In this document: piece by piece, positions 40,055-51,131 of the stretch
Numbering within the stretch: position 1 is the first letter of the stretch
Layout: each line of letters starts with the position of its first letter
Origin: Pavona decussata
Taxonomy: Eukaryota
NCBI GenBank assembly: GCA_977016875.1
Contig: CDRNST010000096.1
Span: 1,612,001 to 1,676,000 of the forward strand
Length of the DNA stretch: 64,000 bases
Direction of reading: 5' to 3'
Program-made: the position numbers and the translations under genes
Notes under the pieces: generated by a model
Told to the model about the DNA's origin: nothing
The model's input: only the letters and a program-made list of their open reading frames with translations
The model's database searches: none

Positions 40055-40690
40055 TCACAATTTGTTTTTGCAATGGCACTTTTTTCCACCATCAAACCAG
40101 TAGGTTTGGTCTCTCTTGTCATAGGGCCTTTTCTTTCGGGAGAAGTCCTCCAGCGCTTTTTCTCTTTTCTCCACCAACAGAATTTGTCTGCAGCTGTCCC
40201 AGCGGTTGCATTTTCGATGAAAATAACGTCTCATGTCGTCATTTTTCTTTTCGACTCCTGACCGAAACAAAATTTAAAAAGCAAAGTTATGAATGCTTTG
40301 ACTTTGTGTGCAAAAAAATTGTGTATACTGTACTTTGGTCAACCACCACTGGGTAACATGATGTTACCCAATGGCAGTCGACCAACGTATTTCAAAGAAA
40401 TTGAACAAAAAAGGCAGCATGATTATTATGCCATCTCTAAACTAAATATAAATATTAAATTTTTGAAGTTAAAATTGTTTAAGTTCTATATATAGGCTAT
40501 GTATTGTTATTCTGAAAACATAGTACTATTACATTTTTTACCTTGCCCAGTAAACATTTTAACAGACCCTAGGTCTTGTAATAATCCAGGTAGATGGCAA
40601 AGCATGACATGCATGTATGGCGTTATTGGCTTGTTTTATGCGCACCCAGGTCCACGCATTGATGTGAGCAAAGGAGCCCAATCTTGCTTG
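40055..40690 (-). pseudogene. Two 3' exons of a RAG1/Transib-like transposase
   Basis: Exon ending 40542 (ITPYMHVMLCHLPGLLQDLGSVKMFTGQ) splices GT-AG to exon starting 40257 (GVEKKNDDMRRYFHRK). Confidence 0.7.
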
Positions 40691-40899
40691 TGAAAATGTA
40701 AATTAAAATTTTTTTAACCTTTTTGAGAGCAAATAACACATTGTCTAAGTTTACATGTACATGAACAATGAAACATATTTCTGTCATGTATATATTGACT
40801 CAGGTTAATCTTCATGTATTTGCATACATTTCAGTGCTTGTGTATATATACATGCAAGTGTTTTTAATAATTGCAATTACTAGACATGCATGGTATACA

Positions 40900-41875
40900 T
40901 ACTTTTTTGGGGAATTCCAGAACTTCCTGCTGTGAAGGAGACCAGCTACCAAAGATGTCATAAAGTGCACTGAAATCCTGTAGATAATGGGTAGATTTAC
41001 TTAATTGACATCAGTGTGCATTTTGTGCTGCTTTGCAAATAACCACTGATCATGATCAAGTAACTTATTCTCAAGGCAAACAAAATACTGAAAGTTAATT
41101 AATAGAAATAGCAAAGTTTGAGCCCTTAAGGTAACCAAGAATATTAATACTTATTTTTCTACTCAAACAAATAGCAGTTATTTCTAGGCTTGTCATGAAC
41201 ACCCTCCATACATCTGGGCAAAGGTGGGCATACTCCTCCCCCAAAAAAGCAAATACACGACTTAGAAGCCATATTTGGGCTGCGGTTTGCCCAAGGTTGT
41301 CTGAAGGGGTTTTCAGGTCTTCAACAGTTATTGCTACTGGCTTATCTTTTAATTCTGAGTACCCATATGGAAAGTTTAAAATAAAGGTGTTGATTTCATT
41401 CAAGAGCAAATCTTGTTATTTAAAAAGTAATGAACAACAAAATATAATGTCCTTGACAAGGATCCCTCAAGAATTACGTGCATCACATCTTGAGGTAAGT
41501 GTTCAGTCACATCAAAATAGGGAGCATCCAGAAGTATGCTCCTCTTGTTAATGCCAAATGTTGGTAGAGGTCTTCACTTTGCTCGATATTGCTAAGATGG
41601 TAGTCATGAAGTTCTTTAGATCGTAACAGAAAGTCTTCTTCCACAAAATTCTGTTGCATTTCATCAAAGTCTGTCATGCAATGACAACACTTCCTTTTTG
41701 CCCTGCCAACCAACTCCTTGTGTCCTCCTAGTAACTGGCTGGCTGGGGTGTCTGCTATAACGGCCAGCAATGCACCTCGTAGGTGCACAACTCCACCATG
41801 AACCTTACAGTCAACACCAGTATCATGTCCAAGCCTTTTTAGGTCTTCAATAAAAGGAGCTAAAATTTTATACAT
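40900..41875 (-). pseudogene. EnSpm/CACTA-group transposase fragment
   Basis: ILAPFIEDLKRL..RGALLAVIADTPASQLLGG..CCHCM; NFPYGYSELKDKP..LGQTAAQIWLL. Confidence 0.7.
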
Positions 41876-41879
41876 GTGG

Positions 41880-42915
41880 CGACCTTGACCGAGAATCAGA
41901 CACTGAGGCAGATGCTAACTTTTTTCTTCACGATGACAGCGATGAAGAAGACAGCGGAAGTGAATCAGCTGATGATGAAGAACTAGTTTGGAGCGAGATT
42001 CTGACTCCACAGACTGAACTTCGCTTTGATCAGAGAACTGGTCCGGTTAGAAATTTACTCACCGACAAGAAAGCGTTCGACTTCTTTGAGTTATTTTTCA
42101 CCGAACGTTTGTATCGTTTGATTGTCCACGAAACAAACAGATACACTCGTCAGGAACAACAGCGTCTTGGCAAGGACCTGCAGTGGAGGGAATTGTCCAT
42201 CGAAGAGTTTCGCACGTGGCTGCGGTTGTATTTTGCAATGGGATTAGAGCAAAAACCATCCATCTCGGCCTATTGGGAGACGAATTTACTGACATCGACT
42301 CCTGCCTTTGGAAAAATGATGCCACGGCAACGATTTTAAAGCATTTTGCGATTTTTACATTTCGTTGACAATAACTCTGTTTTGCCACGGGAGGAAGAAC
42401 GTGACGGACTGTTCAAGATAAGGTCGGTTATCGAGGAGCTTGTCACCAGTTTCAACAAAATTATACCCTTTCCAGAGAGATTTTTATCGATGAAACTATG
42501 GTAAAATTCAAGGGAAGAAAGTTCTTCAGACAGTTTTAAGCCCATACGGTTTGGTTTCAAATTGTTTACCCTGGCGGAATCCAAATCTGGTTACATCTGG
42601 AAGTTTGAAGTCTACACAGGCCGCAAAGGGGAGGCGGAGCAGAACCAAACAAAGAATGTTGTTGTTCGCCTTACAAACCCTCTTCAGGATAAAGGCCCTG
42701 ATCTTTTTTTTTACTTTGAGGGAACATGGAATTCAAGCTTGTGGAGCTGTCCGACCAAACTGGAAGGACCTACCAAAGAAAATAATGAACCACAAGCTCC
42801 CTCTTGTCAAAAACTTACCAAGAGGTCTTTCCCTGTTCAGACAGAAGGGAGATCTTACGGCTGGCTCATGGAAAGACAAAAAGCCAGTGCATTTGATTTC
42901 AACTGTTCCTCTTAT
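41880..42915 (+). pseudogene. Second piggyBac transposase pseudogene
   Basis: Acidic N-terminus; LIVHETNRY; SIDETMVKFKGR..KPIRFGFKLFTLAESKSGYIWKFEVYTG; WKDKKPVHLIST. Confidence 0.88.
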
Positions 42916-43310
42916 GTTAAGAACCTAAGTTCTTTGTAGAAAAATAGTCATTCTTAAGAAAAGAACACACGAAGAATCACACTTAGTATTTTTCTTTTCA
43001 GAAGAATATAAATTCTCGGAAATAACGGCACAATGTATGTTTCTTGGAAAAAGAAACACCCTTTTGCTATAAAGAATTTGTCTTATATGAAGAACTTAAA
43101 TTCTTCGTAGAACAGTAGTTATTCTTAAGACGAGAAGACAAGAAGAATCACACTTTAGAGTGTTGAAGGATTTAAGGATTTGCCAGTCAAAAATCCCCAG
43201 GATTCAAATTCATCCGTCAATTTTTCTATTCCTGGTATTCCAATTGACATAAGCCACTGTATTACTCCTGACATTTCCGTATTCTTTAGAACTCTTCTGA
43301 ACAAGAATTT

Positions 43311-43520
43311 AGGGGGTGTTTACATGGTACCAGGGCGACTTTCGTACTGGCGCAAGCTCACCCTGGTTCCCTCTCGTCACTCTATATTCGTTTACATGAT
43401 ACCAATTGAAAATGTCCTACTGGAACGAGTCATACCGGCGCAAGTTCACCCCGGTTGTTGTACCGGAGCAAGAATTTCATTCCGGTATGAAATCTCGCAA
43501 CAGTATCATGTAAACGAAAA
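43311..43520. mobile_element. Harbinger-type MITE fragment
   Basis: Terminal-like ggggtgtttacatg and internal cat(g)taaac/taccgg repeats; second end not identified. Confidence 0.4.
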
Positions 43521-44119
43521 ATAACCACTCGTTGTGGACTGGATCGAGTAGCGCATGCGTAATTTACGTCAAGACAAGATGGCATCATCACGTTGGACAT
43601 GGGACGAAGAAAAAGCAGACGCATTTCTTCTAGCAACCCGAAATTATAAACGTCAAAAGCTTGGCGAAGGTACAGAATAGGACTCTGATAAGGTTCTTAT
43701 GTGGGAGCACAACAATAGGTCTCTTGGAGAAAAATGGGAAACTGACTTTGGAAAGGCTGAACCATCAAATCCCATGAAACAGCTTGCAGACATGACAAAG
43801 GAAGAATGTTAAAACTATGTTCAAGAATTAAGGGAAGAAAAAGAAGTGATTTCTACAGGGTTTCTAAGGGTTAAAAACAAATATAAAGGTAACAAATAAG
43901 TTAAATAAACCGTGTAGGGAAATAAACAATGAGGTTTGTTCACAGGTACTGTATATAATAAATGTAAGTATATATAAAATCAATGTTTGTTTTGTTAAAT
44001 TTTTGCAACTTCAATATACTGTGTAAGTAATGGCTTGCTCATTTTAACATATAGGCTCTCACTTATTTTTCCTTTTTCTTGTGCAGGAAATTTTTATGCT
44101 AGAAAAGGTCTAAAATATT

Positions 44120-44960
44120 TAATCAAAAGGTACGATGGACTCCGATAGATTAGTAAGGGCAATGGACTATTGCAATTTTGTCTATTGGAGCCAAATCATC
44201 TCCTCGCTGAGCTGTTACTAGCTGAATAGGAAGTACTCCTTGTAATATAGTGTACTTTCTGTGTACAAGACCAATTACTCTTTCTACATGGATTCTTACA
44301 TTAGCAATTTTTCTTGTCTCCTCTACAGACAGCTGTTTTTTGCCTCTGGTAAACCAGTCAATGATGACTGCAACTTTTTTGCCAAAGTTGCGTTGGAAAA
44401 CCACGGGCATGGTGGCTTGCAGTTCCTCGTGCTCTGGCCACTGAATTAAAAATTTAAGTCTAACAGACATTACATGTATCCACCTGTCAAATATTCTGTG
44501 TGCAGTTGCTACAGATATATTAAATCAATAAGCTAAATCCTGCAATGGGGAATTAAGTTTTTATCTGATTAAAACTAACAGGAATTCCTGAAACTAAGTG
44601 CATTTTGGGTGTTTCTTTCAATGTGGGGAGCAATAAGATTAAGGACACGGATTAAAAGACTACATTTGGGGATTCCAGTGTAAAAGTTAGTTTTATCAAC
44701 ATTATCTCTGAAACTATCCTCCGTTAGCTGAACGGATAGCAGTTGCCCTCTTGTACTGCTAACTCATCAGTGATATCTTGCATGTAGATCTGTTGTCTGT
44801 CCAGTCGAGCCATGTCAAGATCACTCTGGCAGTACTCCTCTGCTAAAACCATATTTTCAGTCTGGCAACATTTGTTGTGGTTGTCGTTGTCATCATTACT
44901 GTTATCAGCAAGATTAATGCTTTCATCTAGTGAACATGAGGCTGCAGTGAAATTGCTCAC
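44120..44960 (-). pseudogene. Second ISL2EU-group transposase pseudogene with an internal deletion
   Basis: NFYTGIP; LQDLAY; [22 protein letters not shown] fused directly to [21 protein letters not shown]. Confidence 0.82.
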
Positions 44961-46185
44961 ACTCACTGCAATGAAAAATATATACATGAAACGTATGTTA
45001 ACTGAATGACTCATGAAACTTAGTGGTAGGCTTGAAGGAGGCATACAAACAATGCCAAAAACAGGTATATGAAGTTTATCATTTTAAATGACTTGATATG
45101 TAAAAGATAATTTCTGCAAAAAAAAGAGTGAAGGCAGGAGGACGAGATTTTAGCATCAACACCATTTACCGGTGATCTCCATTCACTTGAAATACCTTTG
45201 TGGAGAATACTTATAATTAAAAGAGCAAACCTGACATTTAAGGGCCCTATTGATAATGTACACTTACTACATGTTTCAGGCTCAACATATTCCTTTTCCT
45301 TGAACAACCTCCACCTCACCACTTTTTCTAGGTGTAGAGCATGAGCGTTTCAGGCTGAAGGCTTCCATTATATTCAAGCAGCGGTAGCTTTTAGATTAGT
45401 CCGCTGACCACAGCATACTGCCGCATTCGAAAGCATGCGAAAGTAATATACGATTCTCTTGGGGACTTGACACGTGTTGATAATGCGTGTACTTGAGTGC
45501 TGGCCGTTTTTCGACAATTTAGAAAAACAAAAATTAAACTTCGATTTTCACTTTTCAATTTCTAAGAAAACAAATATTGAAAATTAAACATCAAATTTCA
45601 ATTTTCAGTCTACCGGAACAAAAATTTTAAATTTGATGCCAATTTTCACGAAAAATGGAAATTGAAATTCGGATGCCAATTTCCACATTTCAATTTTTCA
45701 AGTGTTTCTTACTTCCAGTACATTTAAGTCGGAGAAAGCCTGAAAGGAACAAAGACCGGACGACAACGAAAACCAATAGTTTTGGCGCCGAATTTCAAAA
45801 TGGCGGCAGTAAATAACATTCTCAACCCAGAATTTGTTCACTTTCTTCTCGTTAAGAAGAATTTAAGTTATGGAGAAATCCTAGAGGAAATGAAGAGTCA
45901 TTTTCCTGATTGCAAAGGCTGTAGTCTTCGAAGTCTAAAAAGATTTTGGAGTCAGCACGGGATCAAAAAGCAAATGCCTATTTCTGATGAGACAATCGAT
46001 GTTGCCGTACGAAGTGCTATTTCAGAGGTAAGCTATCCAATGTCTATTCAGGGCTTTCAGTGGTAGTTTTCCAACGTCTTTTCTACATTATGTGGAAACT
46101 CAATAACTACTTTATGCATTTAATTGTATTTAATATATAAATTAACTGTAATGTATTGTAAAACTGAATTTTAATTGTATTATAT

Positions 46186-48232
46186 GTGACCGTGCACGGG
46201 AAAACGTACCTTAATGCTTATCCGTTAAACGGTCGCTAACGGACAGATAGATAACGGATAGTTAACGGCCTACACAGCATTCTAACGTTTTATCCTAATG
46301 TTCTAACGGTTATCTAATTGTGCCTAACGGATGATCAGTCCGTGCTAACGCTTTGTTCTAACGGCTAACTAAGTTTGCCTAACAGATGAAGAGAAAGTTC
46401 TAACGGTTGCCTAATTTGTTCTAACGGATGACTGGAGCCGTTTAACGGTTGTTTGACGTTTAACAACTAAGGACTTTTAGCGAACGAATAGCTTAGCTGT
46501 CAGTCCGATGCTACAGGTACAAACACATAATCAGGCCAAACCAGTAGTAGTCTTACACTCACGTTTTTTTTTAAAGAATCACAAAGTGCTGATTTCGTCA
46601 GTCGTCGATGAGACAAACATAAGTATACCTATTTCCAATGAAAGCAAAACTCAGTGATAGAAACTTCCTCATCGAGATAAACAAACGCAGAATTCAAGTC
46701 CTTCGATGATGATTATCATGTGAGATGAGAAGTTAGTCCGAGGCTATTAAAAACGTCACTAAACGAGTGCGTAAACAATTTCACTTGCCAGTCGGGGTGA
46801 ACATTTTTTATTGTTTTACTCAAATGGTTTTGTCGTTTCTACTTATTTTACACAATGACTTTGTCTGGAGTATTTTAAAGTAACTGTTTAATCCAGCTGT
46901 GAATTCACGAAAGATCATGCTTTCAATTTCTTGACAGAATGCAAAAAGCGGTACCTTTGGATTCATGAGTATCCAAGCGACGGGCGTTTTGTTGGCGCTG
47001 GTTTCATCAGATAAAGTTGTTTTTGTCACATACATGTTGTTCAAAATTGGTTTCTTCTGATTCAGAGTCAGAGACAACAAGACAACAGGCTATCAAAATA
47101 TTCATCAAACTTCCCGCCAGAATATGGCCGTTTCTCACATCTTGGAAAATGTAAACAACTTTATGCAAATTTTTGAACCCACACTCTGTCAAACCTGCCG
47201 AATGTAACTTGATACATGTGAAGGAATTTGATTGCCTAGCACGTGACCAAAATCTTGTCAGTGTTTTCAGCGTGGCAATTCCTTTCCCGCCTGAACGACG
47301 GCTTCTGTCAGTATTTTATAACGTTAGTAGAAGCTTTAAATCTTGTAAAAGATGGTATTTTGGCTTTATCCAAGCGAACGTACTGAATATAGAACTGCGT
47401 CAAGCGTTAATTTGCAGTACTCAGTAGACTCGCAGTGTTAACGTTTGTTCCGGGTAATCGATCTTATCGCTCACACTGGACCTGAATGAAATTTTGCAAA
47501 GTTGAAGTTTCCTACTTTACCCCAAGCCCTTAACCAACGGAATTGCCTTGCATCTTTAAAGTCAACTGAACGATTACATTTTGCGGCCGACGACAGTAAA
47601 TGCTTGAGGTAGAGTGAGGGGAAAGTTCATGGTAAGTCAACAAATATGCAAATTAGAACCGAAGCGCGCTGGAGGAGAGAAGTCTGTTGAATTTACTGAT
47701 TTTATTCTGGGTCGTAATTTATTTTTGTGACTTAATTTCATGGATCCGGAGCTACGATATCTTCTGTCCCTGGTTTACTAAACTGTCTGATTTTGGCGAT
47801 AAAGATAGTTCCCGCGTTTTGAACTAAATGGAAGCCAACTACAACAGCTACCCTCCGTTAGGCTCTCGTTTCACACTGTGTTTAGGCGACCACGTTCTAC
47901 ATCAACGCGTGTCATGCCATTCTAATGGAAACATTACCCGTTTAACGGGTGCTGGTTTATTCTAGCGGATCCTAACGGCTTCTCTAACCGTGCTAACGGA
48001 TACAGATTGTTTGCTAACGGTTATGCTGTCCAGTCTAACGGTCTGGTGCTAACGGCTAACGGATGCATGTCTTTTGCTAACGGCTGCACTATCCGTTTTA
48101 ACGGCCCAATGCTTACGTCTAACGGTTGGGCTTACGCCTCTAACGTTCTTAAGAAAACTTTCTAACGGATGCTTAACGCTTTTGCCCGTTTAACGGATAA
48201 GCGTTAAGGTACGTTTTCCCATGCACGGTCAC
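46186..48232 (+). mobile_element. Non-autonomous Sola1-like element in intron 1 of the transposase
   Basis: TIR gtgaccgtgca.gggaaaacgtaccttaa.gcttatccgttaaacgg; ATAT TSD (AWWT target); subterminal TAACGG arrays. Confidence 0.75.
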
Positions 48233-48904
48233 ATATCTGGAAGAAATGTATTGTACACGACCCCACAAGCTTTCAGCTTCATACATATCGTGTGTGAATA
48301 AAGGCAACTTATCTATCTATGTATCCAGCGTTTATTAACGCCTCATAAGAGCAAAGCAAGGTCATGGGTAGATGAGCATAAGCTTAAACTTAACTTAACT
48401 TGAATATAAACTAAAGCTTTACTTCACTCGGCTTAACTTGTCCAACCAGATGGTAATGATTGAAGTCATTAAAACGGTGAGTGAAATTGTTGTAGAGTGG
48501 GCCTGTGTTTGGATGAAAGATGATGAAAGGCTACATTGATCAGAAAGTTAACAGATCATTTGCATCTGAAAGTCGTATAGGCAAATCACTGGCTCGTGTT
48601 GCTCCTTATTATCACCATCGTCATCAAAGGGGAACTGAAGAGCAACTAAATCCGGAGCCATATACTGCTGACTACCATGGGCATAAATTGCATATGGACC
48701 AAAACGAGAAACTTGCAGCATATGGTGTAGTTCCTGTTTGTGCCATAGACGGCTTCTCCAGATATATTCCATCTTTTGCTTGTATGCCAGTCAAGAATAA
48801 TGTGATAATTTACAATGATGTTTACAGGTGTTGCAAGCTTTCTTGAAGTGGCAACACACTTCTCTGTAACTCTGTAACTTTCATTATATTCAGTAAGAGA
48901 AAAT

Positions 48905-49125
48905 GTAGTAGCCCCATGGTGGTGTACTATAGTGGTTGGCGTCTGGGGCTTTTCGATCAGAGGATGGGTGGTTCAAGACTTGGTCTCGGCAAAATGTCAT
49001 GTTCGACACTCAGGTGTTGACGTGGGTAATGCTGGGAGAAAGGTAACCCTAAGGTCAACTAGCACTTATCCAGGGTGGAGGAGAGAGCTCTCCAGTTGTT
49101 TCATGAAAAGAATCTGGAATTAAGT
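48905..49125 (+). mobile_element. Degenerate tRNA-derived SINE in intron 2
   Basis: tagtggttggcg..ggttcaagac A/B-box-like head followed by a SINE-like body. Confidence 0.45.
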
Positions 49126-51131
49126 GCCAATATACAAAATGTTGAAGTGGAATGGACAGTAGAACATTCTCTCATGTTTTTCGCTGTTGCTACCTGTAGA
49201 AAGGAAGGGAAAAAATCACCCCCTAGACTGTGGTGTCCCTGAATGTTTATTCATTTTGTGCAATATATTTTATCTCTCATATATATTAGGAAGGCTGTCA
49301 TTGAGGATTGTCTACCTGACCAAGTTAAAGTAGACCATGGCTGTGAGTTTTATTTGACACTATACGTAAAGGAGTACATTGCTGACTTGAGGACAAATAC
49401 ACAGCGTGATCTACACCGCCAAACAGAGTCAAAAAAGGTGAAAAAATAGATTTTTATCCCTAGTATTTCTTTTTAATTTTTTTGCCGGTGACCTTCAATC
49501 GCAACTGACTTTACCATGAGGGGAATTCCCTGGCAATAGATAAACGTCATCTATTAAGTTTCACCAATACAATTTGGCTGACTAAAGGTAGTACTGTAGT
49601 ATTTAGTTCTTGTCTCATTGTATTATCTAGGTTGACTTTTTCTAGAAACTTCATTGAGTTATAAGTTACAAAGCCACACATTTACTACCATTTCACTGTT
49701 CTTTTGTTCCAACGTTTTAGAATCTCAGGATTGAGCGATTCTGGGTGGAAGTCAATGCCCGAATAAATTATCCAATCAAAAATGCATTAAGAGATAGGGA
49801 GGAGAAAGGTGCTATCGACATAACATACGACAAACGAAGTTCTCCGTATCAACAGTAACTCTCAAGGTCGCAAGGGTCGGAATGCATTGAACGGTTGCGG
49901 CCTGGAACTATCACACTATCCCTGGTAAACATCCAAATAACAAGTCAAGTATTGATGGCTTTTTGGCATTGTTTTTTTATTGTCCATGGGCCAGACAGTG
50001 ATCCCTCCTCTGGGGATTTTATGGGACATGTGCCATTTTGAAGCTTAGCTTAGGATATTCCAGGAAAAGATGCCTGAATTGAATCACCTTCTTGCTATAT
50101 GTTATTTGAGTGGGAAAACTGAATGAATCTATTTAGGGAGCGGCAGGCAATGTTCTAAAACTACATTTAAAGAAAAACAATGCCTGAAATAAGTTCATCT
50201 TTTAGTTGATTGCAGGATAACGACAGTGTTCTCTTTTCTGTTGCAGGTGTTGGAACATCAATACAGTTACGGAGTAACAACTTTCAAGGTCGAAGAATGT
50301 CTGCCTCTGAGGTCCCCACAAGTGAGGTGGCCGTCACTGCCTATGAAAGTCAGGGAGGGAATCTAACAGTATTCCCTTGTTTTGGTGTTGATCCTTTGGG
50401 AAATAATGCTACCCAACAAGCCATGAGAGAACAACAGTTTCACAATGTAACTGATTTACGAAATGCATTTGGAGACCTTGCAAATGCAGTTGGTCATTCT
50501 TTTGAAAACGCCATTTTAAGATATGCAAATATTACTATCAGTTACTGGCCTTGGTGGTGTAAACGTGGCAATAACATAAGGAAAGTCGACAAGCAACTGT
50601 ATTTTACAAGATTTAATAGTTTATCTGAAATACAAATTCCCAATTGGTCGGAGTTTTTGATCTTATGATCTTATTATTGTGTTCATATTATAATGTGAAA
50701 GCTGATTACATGTAGGTGATATCAAAGTAGTGTGACACAACAGAGATTTTCATGTTTAATTACATTATACTCACTATAATTGTATTGGAAGATACTAAAA
50801 GCTAATAACGTGGTTTTAAATCTCTCAAAAAGTGGTTAGTATACGGTATACAGGATAAAGATATTCCAATAAACACTAGTACAAAAATTATTAGCCTTTC
50901 CTTAGCTAGAGCTGTGATCAGTTCTCAGCCAGTCCTTGTAAAAGAGTTTTTTAAACTTAGTAAGAATTTGGAATCCTTTCAGATTTATGGCTATGAAATC
51001 ATATTGTAAACGGCACTTTAGACAAGCTGAATTTCCTGCAGTTGTCCAGGTATTAACACATCACTGACAGCCAAGGACTGACTCACAGCAACTGCTTACG
51101 ACAACTGGTGGTGTTATTGTATCTTTACCTA

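Larger units (their letters stand above)
45800..50668 (+). pseudogene. IS3EU-like integrase-type DDE transposase, 5 exons (45800-46027, 48496-48827, 49290-49437, 49721-49924, 50247-~50600)
   Basis: N-terminal HTH (SLRSLKRF); HMDQNEKL..YG..AIDGFSR; KVDHGCEF; NLRIERFW; WNYHTIP; canonical GT-AG junctions; in-frame TGA at the start of exon 2 and a frameshift/stop in exon 4. Confidence 0.85.

Noticed and set aside
39700-40900. ProtoRAG/RAG1-RAG2 locus with RSS-like ends
   Set aside because: No RAG2-like kelch ORF and no heptamer-spacer-nonamer found by eye; only two 3' exons survive
45330-45475. THAP domain of the 44-kb ISL2EU remnant split by the IS3EU-like insertion
   Set aside because: The rejoined flanks did not give a convincing C2CH THAP motif
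46185-48233. Ginger-type element (TGT..ACA termini)
   Set aside because: The flanks then mismatch (TATA/TATC; AATA/TATA), whereas GTGAC termini give a perfect ATAT TSD in both copies
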